Below are positions 1-10,413 of a DNA stretch of 64,000 nucleotides, in pieces (position 1 is the stretch's first letter; each line of letters starts with the position of its first letter). Origin of the DNA: Ancylonema sp. (Eukaryota); assembly GCA_050230475.1 (NCBI GenBank), contig JBFLGF010000031.1, positions 1 to 64,000 of the forward strand. Direction: 5' to 3'. The notes beneath the pieces are model-generated. The model had not been told where the DNA came from and did no database searches. It worked only from the letters and a program-made list of their open reading frames with translations. The position numbers and the translations under genes are program-made.

Positions 1-687
1 TCACGTTAGGAGGGCCCTCGTTATAGGGACACCCGGCTACAGGGACATTATTCCCCTCTTTTTTGATATACCTTCACCCCCGTTTTAGTGACACCCGGCT
101 ACATAGGCTCTGCTCCTTTTTTCAGTATTCCTTCACCACGCTTCTAGTGATTGGGTATATAGTGACAAATATCACGGGGGTTGTCTATGTCATCTACGAT
201 TTGTTTGCTTATAATGTATACGTACTTGTGGTGCGAGTTGGGTGTGTGCTATACTCAAGGGGTAGGAATGGAAATTGTGACAAGAAACCTAGAGTTTGCG
301 TAGGTGTGGGACACAAAACTGAAGGAATGTGACAATGTCGAAGTGACAAGGTTTAAGGTTTCTTTTGTGTGTTATGATGTGAAACATATGATCATGATGA
401 TGTTGGTGGGAACAGGTACCACTACTCCCACCCCCCCCTGGTGGAGCGACTCGCGGCTCTCGATGGTGGGGATAAAAAAATGGAGTAGGAAAAGGAAAGA
501 GGAGGCGTTCGTTTTGGGGAAGGGGCATATTCTTTGTGCATGTTCAAATATTATTTGGTGGACAAGTAACCCACGGGGGGGTTGAGCATCTCATGTGTTT
601 CGGAATGGGGATTGGAGTGAAATTTCGTTTGTCATGTGTTTGTTGATGGTGGTGATGATGGAAGTGGTGTTTGAATGACTGTGAGTA

Positions 688-866
688 CACTCATACCTCG
701 ATATAAAAAACAACCTCGTCTTATGAAACTCTTCGCTGAAAGAAACTATTTTGCGATTTTTTTTGCGATTTTACACTCAAAATGTGATATATATATCTAA
801 GAACCATTCGCTGTAAGAAACTTTTTTCCCCGAAAATTTTAGGTTTCTTATATCGGGGTCTGATTG
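688..866. mobile_element. Tc1/pogo-like MITE
   Basis: Imperfect ~24-bp TIRs: CACTCATACCTCGATATAAAAAAC versus reverse-complement CAATCAGACCCCGATATAAGAAAC. Flanked by TA at 686-687 and 867-868. Confidence 0.7.
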
Positions 867-2048
867 TACCAGGGACAAGAAAGGGGGGGACGAAGATGAC
901 TAGACAAAGAATGTATCAATGTCTATCGAGTCGGTTGTGTTTATAAAAAGGGTTGACAAGGGTTAACATGTCCGTCATCAACAAATGGTGCCTAAAAAAC
1001 AATAATTAATTAATTTGTGCCCAAAAAATATGCCCCAAAACCATGGTTGGCCCCGTTCCAATCTTTCGATTTCCGATTCGATTCCAATCCGAAGTCAAAC
1101 CCCGGCTAAATGCCGGCTAAACTCGACACAGATCCGGCTTGTCGGATCGGACATCGGGAATCGGAAATCCGATCAATTGGGTTAGAAAAAAACTTTTAGT
1201 GCACCAAATGTGTCGTCAAAAGATTTTACTCCTGGAAAATAAAAAAAAAAACGTTGGCGTTTAAGAAACGCTCAATTTTTTTCCCCCCATATATTTTATA
1301 TTTGGATGCCCCCATCCGATAAAAATAAATCGGTTCCGATCCGGATTGGAAGTAATCGGGGATCGAGACCCAACTATGCTCAAACGAGTTGAACAATGGT
1401 GAAGGTAGGTCAAAACTAGCAAAGATGTACCTCAAGGTCCGCAGGAAAGATACATTCTTCCTAGAGCACACGGATAAATTTTGGAAAAAACAAATGACTG
1501 ATCTTTCACTTCTTGCTGCACTGATAATGGCAGGTACCAAGCATAGTTGCATCGCAATCACTTTTGTCCGATCACGGTTTACATGAGATTGGGCCCGCGC
1601 ATGGGACCGTAAATGTTTAATTTCCGCTTGATTGGGGCCAACTAGGAGAGTTATGTGCCTATATTACACCTATTTTTTTCTTGTTATTTTTCTTTTTCTC
1701 TCTACAACATTACTATATCCCGCCACGATTTGTCCTACGATTTTTGTGTCGGGGTGGGGGATCCGGGGACTTGGGGTTCGGATTTCTTAGGGTGCAGTTA
1801 CTCACACGGGTGAATTTTGTTTCTTTTGTCCAATGCTCGGATTCCGATTGTACCCCGATTGGCTCCGGGCCCGATCGCGATTGGAGGGCGTCTCCAGATC
1901 TTTCAACCGGATCGGGGACAACTATTATACAGAGTGTGCCACCATGTTCAAGCCGGCTCGTAGTCAACATAGTTCCAATCTGGTTGTCTATGTGGGTGGT
2001 CGATGTGAAATGGTTTGTTGTCAAAAAATGTTCCGTTTGGTTTTCTTT

Positions 2049-2980
2049 TGTCATGCCTGTATGAATCGTCAGCTAGAAACCCCTCTATTTTAAGCAGAAT
2101 ATCAAAATAGCCGCACCGCTATGTTTTTCCGCCTTGTCACGACTCCGCCCCCGCTCATTTCAGTCCGAGCTTCGTCGGTGACCAGCGCCCTTTAACTAAA
2201 GTTTCGAGTAGTCAACCTTTGACTAGCTCCCTTTTGTATTTGAATTGATTAGACTACGTGTCGGACTTGTCATCAATAGCAATCGTGACCGTAGCTCTTT
2301 AGATCAACAGCTCGGAATCAACTAGAGATATATGCAGCCAATTATAGCGTGCGCGCCGAGTTGATTTATATATTTCTTGCCGCGTATCCCAGCGAGCGCG
2401 CGAGTAGATTATTCGAGTTTGACAATAAAGACTCTAAAGACTCTTGTACAACTTTCAATTCTTAGCTTTCGCTGAATTTGACGTTGAAGATATTTTCCTT
2501 GCACACCATTGTTTTCCTCGACACTCTGAATTCTTTGCCTTGCGCAATCTGTGATCTTTTGCTTTCGCAACATCGTGTGTATCGAGCGTTCGCTCATTTG
2601 TGATTAATTTGCATCAAGCTGTCGCTTTGCAATTTTTGAATTACCCTCGTTACCAAAGTTATCGATTGTCTGACCTGCTGCGCAGTCAAAAATCACCTGT
2701 TTGAATTACCGAGCGTTCGCTCATCTGTGCAATCCATTCGTACATCTATTTTGTTGCTATTGACAAGCTTTGCAGAACTGTATCATAATCGATTGCTTGC
2801 TGATCAAGAATCGACGCGCTGTAATCTTGTGTCGCTCTCGTTACTTTTGAGCCGTCAAGTAAGAGCAGCGTGTGATAGCTTGCTAGCAGTGAGTAGTACA
2901 GCGAATAAAGCTCGAAAATTGCCTCGTTTGTGTGATTGTTTACAATCACTGCCGCGATTCAAGCGAGCACTGTACTCTCA
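2049..2980 (+). repeat. Repeat A1 (5' LTR lacking the B segment)
   Basis: Starts TGTCATGCCTGTATG and ends TACTCTCA; roughly 90-95% identical by eye to 9338-10268. Confidence 0.92.
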
Positions 2981-2993
2981 AATTCAGCGAAAG
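2978..2993 (+). promoter_or_regulatory. Putative self-priming primer-binding site
   Basis: TCAAATTCAGCGAAAG is the exact reverse complement of LTR-internal 2466-2481 (CTTTCGCTGAATTTGA). No TGG-initiated tRNA PBS is present. Confidence 0.7.
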
Positions 2994-3969
2994 GGTCTCT
3001 GACCACCAATTACGTGACTTCGACGGCTTTCAGTTCAAGAAAGGTACGTGAAAAGTGCAGATTTTTTTTTCCCCTACCTCTTTGCGTTGGCATAAAATCA
3101 TATATGTGCATCCAGGAGTAGCTGGAATTGATTATTTGTACAATTTGCGTGGTTTATCTGTGAAATTGCTGTGAAATTTGCGTGCTGAATTATCATCGTG
3201 AAAGCTATTTCGTGAAATTGTGAAATTCCTAGCATCTCTGTGATCTGGATTCTTGCAATCTTTGCTTTGGCTACCGTTCGTTACAGGTTGTTACTAGATT
3301 TACCGCTTTGTAACTAAGAGAACCACGAATATACTTTATAGAATTAGTTCCCGAACCTGGATCACGCAGTACCCAGCCTGTCACGCCAGTAAGGGAGGGT
3401 CAATTTCTTGCAAGTTCACTTTGTTGTTCTGTGACTTTTTCAAACACGAGAAGAAAGATTAACTATACCCTGCTCAGAAAAAATTTACCTTGCGACCTTA
3501 CGGTCCTCTCAGACTTGATTCGAATTTACCTGACCGAGCTCAATTTATTCGACATCACAGTATTTACCATTCGTTTACAGACAGTCCTACCAAGATATTA
3601 TTGTTTCGTACCAATCACTCTAGTACGTCACTCTCAAATTCAGAATATAGACACCGTATGTAATTTACTGAACAGTACCGTACTCTCGATTGACTTTCAA
3701 ATACCGTGACTATTATACAGATTGACAGTATACAATCAAGTCTCTACCACTACAAGTTGCTTCCACCGACATTCTTTTGTTGTTGAACGCACTAAGAACT
3801 GCTCACCCGGAACAATTGCACGCCTGAGAAGTATCGACAGCCATTACTCAACCATATAAACACGTTTATTAAAATAAAAAAAATAAAAAAAACCGTACAC
3901 AATCATTATTATACAAGATTTATCACAATTTCATTTAAGTAACATATACACCGTGAATTATCAAAGTTT

Positions 3970-5661
3970 ATGCCGTGGAAACGTATTAACGGAAGACTAA
4001 CGAAAATTGCCAATCTGGAGGATATACAGCAAACGGGACTAGCACTAGACATCCCTCTCGGAACGTTTACTTTAATAAACTTTTTGTTTGACAACAGTGA
4101 TTCTGAAAAGGATGGTATCAGGTTAACCAGACAGTTGTCTCAACCTAATTACTGCAGAAGTTCATATGGAAAAACACACCGAGAATTACCAACAGAAAAA
4201 TCAACCCCATATAATACAGTTCCAGTACGAAGAAATCAAAACAGCGCACCACCGACTGTATATAATTCTCCTGGATTTCGACACAACAACTATCCATCCA
4301 AAAGATTATTTGGATCAGCACCTATTACTAGGGCAACTAGCCTATCCTCAGACATGAGTTCAGATAATCCTAAAAGTCCAGATTTGACTCCGAACAAAGA
4401 AGTACCTACACCAATCCAACTACCGATTCCACCATCAACTACTCAACCGTCGCAATCTCCGCCAACACCACCGCAAGCAGTACCAACTTCTCAAAGAAAG
4501 AGTGTAAATTGGGGAGATAATATAACATCGTTACCACCAATCACACCGTATCACGGAGCACTGGGCACTACTCAAGACGAATTTATTAACTCAGTACTAA
4601 GTCATCACGAAATCCTTAATCGGGAAAAACGGACCGGCTATGTAGAGATGGATTTAGTTCGAAACCTAGGGGCTTATTGTGAAGGAGAAGCTCAACGAGA
4701 ATGGCAAAGTTTTATGACAGACCACGAAGGAGACGCCAACACAAGAGATTTACGTGAAATGCGGCGTGATTACTCTATCGATGAATTGTATTTCAGATAC
4801 TACAGATTTCATGATGGTATGACTGAACCACAGCCACCGAGCCAACCAGAACCACATGAATTACAAGCATTCATCGATGCAATTAAAACAAGATTCCGTA
4901 CCTCGTCTGCAGAATATCTGATTAAACTGAACAATATGGTTTGTTCACCAACGGATACAGTATCATCAATTTACGCAAAATTTAACGATGCACCTTACGT
5001 GATTGAAGGATCTAATGCAATGACTTCCGAACAGCTTGCACTTCGTTTACTACAACTGATTCCGTTACCGATCCAAGATCATCTTAAGAAATGGTATTTT
5101 GACACCAACAATCAACGGTTCTTTGCAAATCCACGAGACGCACCATTAACAAGAAAAGAGAACATGACAGAAGCTAATGAAAGTGAATCGTACAGGGCGA
5201 AACAAGAAGCTGACATGAGAGATGCGGGTGGAACGAGAAATTCATCCAACGCTAACATAACGAAATCGAAAAATGTTTACCAAAAGACTTATACACAGAG
5301 TACTCCAACGTACAGACCTACAGATCGACAAAATATTAATGGTGAAAGACCGCCTCCAACATGTTACAACTGCAACCAAGTCGGCCACTACAAGAAAGAC
5401 TGCAATTTACCAATGAAATCAGCAGCACCTACCGGACCTACGCAACCTTACCGATCTTCGAATCAACAAGCTAGCGGTCAACAACCTCAAGGAAATTACA
5501 AAGGAGACTCTTATGGACAACAACGAATGAATCAAGTTCCCAAACCTCGCCAGTGCGGACCTGAATCCTACACGAAGGGAGCAACATGCACTAACTGTGG
5601 GAAGATGAACCACATAGCGCAACAATGTCAACGACCACGAAACGGCCAACACTTAACGTGA
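3970..5661 (+). CDS. gag: Gag-like protein with two CCHC zinc knuckles
   Basis: 563-aa open frame containing CYNCNQVGHYKKDC and CTNCGKMNHIAQQC. The true start may be the later ATG (MSSDNPK). Confidence 0.85.
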   Translation: MPWKRINGRLTKIANLEDIQQTGLALDIPLGTFTLINFLFDNSDSEKDGIRLTRQLSQPNYCRSSYGKTHRELPTEKSTPYNTVPVRRNQNSAPPTVYNSPGFRHNNYPSKRLFGSAPITRATSLSSDMSSDNPKSPDLTPNKEVPTPIQLPIPPSTTQPSQSPPTPPQAVPTSQRKSVNWGDNITSLPPITPYHGALGTTQDEFINSVLSHHEILNREKRTGYVEMDLVRNLGAYCEGEAQREWQSFMTDHEGDANTRDLREMRRDYSIDELYFRYYRFHDGMTEPQPPSQPEPHELQAFIDAIKTRFRTSSAEYLIKLNNMVCSPTDTVSSIYAKFNDAPYVIEGSNAMTSEQLALRLLQLIPLPIQDHLKKWYFDTNNQRFFANPRDAPLTRKENMTEANESESYRAKQEADMRDAGGTRNSSNANITKSKNVYQKTYTQSTPTYRPTDRQNINGERPPPTCYNCNQVGHYKKDCNLPMKSAAPTGPTQPYRSSNQQASGQQPQGNYKGDSYGQQRMNQVPKPRQCGPESYTKGATCTNCGKMNHIAQQCQRPRNGQHLT

Positions 5662-7104
5662 CCCGTCCCTCCAATTTCATTGGATCTGCCCGCAAGACCA
5701 GATGTGCAACGCATCACGTGGAAGGACCAGCAACAACCTTATCCTAGCCTCACCTTCATGGAGAAAGAACCTGAAAAAGAAGCTGATTCAACGAAGGGGT
5801 CCCTTGACGACGACATTGACGAGTTAACCTATGCGCAGTTCCTTAACGAGGAAATTAAGATCCTTAAAAAAGGATGGCAAGAAGCGGTTAAGGTAAACAT
5901 ACCAAAACAGAAAACACTTACCCCAAGAAGATCCCCAAGAGTTGCTCAATTTGAACTACGTCGACAAACTTCAAGCTTACCAGATTCCTCCATATCACTA
6001 CCTAGACCAACTTTAACATCACCACCACCTGAATGTGACACTCAGGCATCAGAGAAAGCCACAATTACCAATCACCCTGTCACACGCAATGATGTATACC
6101 CACCAGAACATGAGGACAGAGGACGTTTCGATGTAGAAGGACCAGACTATGGAAGAAGACGTGGATATAGCGTTAAAATGCCAGAAACATGGATCCCTGA
6201 ATTCTCTGATAACATCACACGAAGCACGGTTAACATGGATGAACCAACATTCACTGACCCACCACCACCATTACCCCCCCTTCCTCAGGCACATGTAGTT
6301 ACCGACCAACTCAACACGATGCAGAGCGAGCTCCAAAAACTCGTCATCGAACAAAGCAAGGCAATCATCTTGGCACACGACCTCGTCCGCAGGCTGGAGA
6401 ACCCTTCCCCTCAGCTGTCGGCGATCCTCAAGGCCACGAAGGACACCCCGATGGCGAACACCTACAAGCCTCCACACGCAAGAAAAAAAGGTGAGCTTAC
6501 CATGGATACTTATCAAATCACCACGATTGATAATAACACTGGAATTTGTCACATCAATGGAAAAATCCCAATGAAACCGGTCATTGATTCGGGTGCACAA
6601 AATACTATGATTGGTATTACTTACCGAAAGACCCTCAACATTACCGATGAAGATTTACGACCCGGTTCACAATACACTACGGCATCAGGCGACATTCGAA
6701 CAAGCATGGGCAACACACAGGAGAAATTCCCCATTATCCTAGGAGCTGGCACACCAAATCCGACGACGGTGTGGACAGAGCTACACCTTTCCCCATCCAA
6801 AGATGTTGACTTACTTCTAGACACTGTTTTCATTGCCACACTCGGAGGCTGCATTGAAACCCGAGAAAAGAAGTTCGTTTACCGAGCTGATTGGGCTCAC
6901 GAAGGACATTGCCCCACAAGCGTTTCCATTACCGTCCAAGGACCTCCCAAGGTAACCCCACAAATACTCATGGCAGACTTCGAGGTTAAAAATCGCACTA
7001 CAAATGACATGCACCGAAACAAAGTGTACGACAACAACATTCGACAACAACCGTTACCTACTAGTGTGTTGTCCCTGCCCACACCTCAGTTACCCAGCAT
7101 ATGA
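5662..7104 (+). CDS. Polyprotein segment with retropepsin-like aspartic protease, in frame with gag after a TGA
   Basis: ICHINGKIPMKPVIDSGAQNTMI (DSG active site) followed by DVDLLLDTVFI. Same reading frame as gag. Confidence 0.75.
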   Translation, partial: PVPPISLDLPARPDVQRITWKDQQQPYPSLTFMEKEPEKEADSTKGSLDDDIDELTYAQFLNEEIKILKKGWQEAVKVNIPKQKTLTPRRSPRVAQFELRRQTSSLPDSSISLPRPTLTSPPPECDTQASEKATITNHPVTRNDVYPPEHEDRGRFDVEGPDYGRRRGYSVKMPETWIPEFSDNITRSTVNMDEPTFTDPPPPLPPLPQAHVVTDQLNTMQSELQKLVIEQSKAIILAHDLVRRLENPSPQLSAILKATKDTPMANTYKPPHARKKGELTMDTYQITTIDNNTGICHINGKIPMKPVIDSGAQNTMIGITYRKTLNITDEDLRPGSQYTTASGDIRTSMGNTQEKFPIILGAGTPNPTTVWTELHLSPSKDVDLLLDTVFIATLGGCIETREKKFVYRADWAHEGHCPTSVSITVQGPPKVTPQILMADFEVKNRTTNDMHRNKVYDNNIRQQPLPTSVLSLPTPQLPSI

Positions 7105-7378
7105 AAATCAATGAGAAAAATTGCAACATTACACATATTTACACATCAAGACAAAGAATACAAATACCGTGCATGGATGGTTACACCGTGGACTCGCACA
7201 TTCTACAATTTTCTTCAAAAAGACTTTGACGCTGCATCTCTATATATTGCACGCAAGCATGACTACCACGCAAAAAAAATGGCGTTTGACAACCTTATGC
7301 TCAGTCAAGAAAGTGAACGACTTCTAAAAAAGACGATGCTTACCGCGAAAATAGAATCACCATGGAAACCATTTTGGC

Positions 7379-8420
7379 GTGGCATTTCGTAAGACGACTT
7401 CAAATGCATTACCTCACCGGTTCGACTCATTCAACCAATATGGACTTCATGTGTGGCTACCATTTGCAGGTATCGACCTCTCCGGACTCATCATGTTGCT
7501 CAAAGGCGGATTCCGTATCTCTACACTTACCACCCAAGAAGAAGACCCGGAAGCACGTATGTCTCAACGTCGCCAAGTGAAAAGACCTTCAAACACTCTT
7601 TCCTAATCAGTTACCTAACTCTGCAGTGCATGGCTTTGATACACGAAAACAAAACGCATTGGTGAACACGACGACTACCAACATCTCCAACATGATCATG
7701 ACCCATGGACCAATCGACTTCATCTGCGGCAACTGGCACACTGAGGTCATCCGTAATGAGACACCAATTAGCACAATCAAAGATCCTCGAGTGGCAGCCC
7801 TGTTCACATTACTAACACTCGTTCAACAACTTCAAAAGATGCAACCTTTCATTCCGACATACATGTTTTACAATCATTCACGACTAACTGATTATCCTAT
7901 GTGGTCAAGAGAACTAGTGCATGTGGCATCACAATTTCTTGGAAAAATGATAACAGTCAACGCTTTACAGCTTGGTTCTCACTTTTACCGACAAACCCAT
8001 ATCTAGCAAAATACCTTTCCAAATGGACATCTTCGAGCAGCTATTCCCGACTACGGATGGATTTCCAAAATCGAGCGGTTACTCAACCCAGGACACCAGG
8101 AACAAGAAAAAGGTGCCAACACGTATAAGTACGAAAGCAACTATTACCAGTCCCGTGATGAGAGGCAATTCATGCCACCAATCAATCCTTACCAAGACAA
8201 TTCTGACTATGTGTTGACATGGAGACAACATCTACAACAGTACACGTACGGCGAAGGGATGTTGAAGGACAACACCAACAACCACTGGGTGTCACCAACA
8301 GCTGGCGAGCGTGCAAGATTTTTACATTACAGCTTGGACGATGTATCCATTCCTGCACACCCGGATACCAATTACCTGAACAAACGTAACTGCCAACTCC
8401 TGAAGAATAATGGACAATAA
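7379..8420 (+). pseudogene. Cytosine-5 DNA methyltransferase-like domain, frameshifted, catalytic motifs substituted
   Basis: Motifs in canonical order: I VWLPFAGI; II EEDPEAR; IV GPIDFICGNWHTE (no PC); V DPRVAALF; VI YMFYNH (no ENV); VIII NALQLGSHFYRQTHI*QN; IX GEGMLKD...PTAGERARFLHY; X RNCQLLKN. Confidence 0.7.
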
Positions 8421-9180
8421 AATATGTGCTGGGTATGGAGGCTTACTTGGTGCGTTTCATCGACAATCCCCAAATCTGGGGGGGAGCATCGCTACAACAT
8501 CAACAATTACATCTACATCCAGCTCTGTTTCGGACTCGGAGTCTGAAACTTTTTAAACCAGTTCTGAAAACGATTACCCTTTCTCATTCCCAGTACAAGT
8601 GGACCACATGGAGGAAGACACCAATACAATTTCACCTGGTTTCGGCTCCACAATTTCTTCATCCACAAATGCCACTACCATCCACGACGACAATAACAAC
8701 AAGACGCTACCAGATTTACCTTACAACCTTCCGATTGACTTGAAAGATCCCCATCCCCAACACACTGTTCAAATGATACATTACCAAGATGACACTATAC
8801 TACGTTTATGTCCACCACAAGTTACCAAAACTTTCAGCTCTGAAAATACCATCAAAGAAATACCATCAGAGAAATACCATCAAACCCAATCAAGACAACG
8901 TGTGATGGAAAATACTTGTTCATCGAAGGCATTTATGGTTTTGCAAAGCACAAGTTACCTTTAACACGGGAATCTGAATCCAAAAAAAAATCCCATCCAT
9001 TTACTTCTGCTACAATGTCTGCACACCCTGATGCTGTGATGACTACACATCCAACAATATCGACAACTTGTCATTTTTCAGCTTCTGAGAGCAACCCTTG
9101 TGCTACATCATTACTGTGATCCTGATCACTTTACCCTTTTATGTTGATTACCCATATGTGAACGCATAGCTCTTCAATCT

Positions 9181-9192
9181 GGGGGGGGGGAG
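9181..9192 (+). promoter_or_regulatory. Polypurine tract
   Basis: GGGGGGGGGGAG immediately upstream of repeat B1. Confidence 0.7.
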
Positions 9193-10268
9193 TTACGATA
9201 TTCCAGCCTCCTATCTGCACCTCCACTACATCGACAAGACCCCTTTTAGTCGATACTTTGAGTGCGATTACCTCTTCATCGACTGATTCCATCATCGATG
9301 ACCCATTTACCCTACCGATCTCATCCGGCACGTCACCTGTCATGCCTGTATGAATCGTCAACTAGAAACCCCTCTGTTTTTATCAGAATATTAAAATAGC
9401 CGCACCGCTATGTTTTTCCGCCTTGTCACGACTCCGCCCCCGCTCATTTTATTCCGAGCTTCGTTGGTGACCGGCGCCCCTGTTATTAAGTTTCGAGTAG
9501 TCAAACTTTGTCTAGCTCCCCTTTGTATTTGAATTGATTAGACTACGTGTCAGACTTGTCATCAATAACAATCGTGACCGTAGCTCTTTAGATCAACCGC
9601 TCAGAATCAATAGAGATGTCTGCAGCCAATTATAGCGTGCGCGCCGAGTTGATTTCCTTGCCACGCGTATCCCAGCGAGCGCGCGAGTAGAATATTCGAG
9701 TTTGACAATAAAGACTCTTGTAAAACTTTACAATTTTCAAATCTCAGCTTTCGCTAAATTTGACGTTGAAGAGATTTTACTTGCACACCATTGTTTTCCT
9801 CGACATCTGAATTCTTTGCCTTGCGCAATCTGTGATCTTTTGCTTTCGCAACATCGTGTGTATCGAGCGTTCGCTCGATTGTGATTACTTTGCATCAAGC
9901 CGTCGCTTTGTAATTTTTTAATTACCCTCGTTACCCAAGTTATCGATTGTCTGACCTGCTGCGCAGGCAGAAATCACCTGTTTGACTTACCGAGCGTTCG
10001 CTCATCCGTGCAATCCATTCGCACATTTATTTTGCTGCTATTGACAAGCTTTGCAGAACTGTATCATAATCGATTGCTTGCTGATTAAGAATCGACGCAT
10101 CTGTTGCTGTAATCTTGTGTCGCTCTCGTTACTTTTGAGCCGTCAAGTAAGAGCAGCGTGTGATAGCTTGCTAGCAGTGAGTAGTACAGCGAATAAAGCT
10201 CGAAAATTGCCTCGTTTGTGTGATTGTTTACAATCACTTCCGCGATTCAAGCGAGCACCGTACTATCA
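9193..10268 (+). repeat. Complete 3' LTR = B1 (9193-9336) + A2 (9338-10268)
   Basis: B1 matches 10270-10413 and A2 matches 2049-2980. Follows the PPT and ends in CA. Confidence 0.88.
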
Positions 10269-10269
10269 T

Positions 10270-10413
10270 TTACGATATTCCAGCCTCCTATCAGCACCTC
10301 CACTACATCGACAAGACCCCGTTCAGTCGATACTTGGAATGCGATTACCCCTTCATCGACTGATTCCATCATCGATTACCCATTTACCCTACCGATCTCA
10401 TCTGGCACGTCAC
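10270..10413 (+). repeat. Repeat B2 (terminal copy of the LTR 5' segment)
   Basis: TTACGATATTCCAGCCTCC...GGCACGTCAC, a ~144-bp direct repeat of 9193-9336. Confidence 0.9.

Larger units (their letters stand above)
2049..10413 (+). mobile_element. Non-autonomous retroelement with split (circularly permuted) LTRs, A1-internal-B1-A2-B2; encodes Gag, protease and a DNMT-like domain
   Basis: Repeat A at 2049-2980 and 9338-10268 (TG...CA); repeat B at 9193-9336 and 10270-10413. G-rich polypurine tract before B1. Internal Gag, protease and DNMT-like coding sequence. No 4-6 bp TSD. Confidence 0.9.

Noticed and set aside
1042..1926. Two old CATAGTTG-type MITEs
   Set aside because: TIR-like ends are visible but the TSDs do not match, so boundaries cannot be supported.
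8599..8964. Integrase zinc-finger remnant (LRLCPPQ)
   Set aside because: No HHCC residues follow; the similarity is too short.
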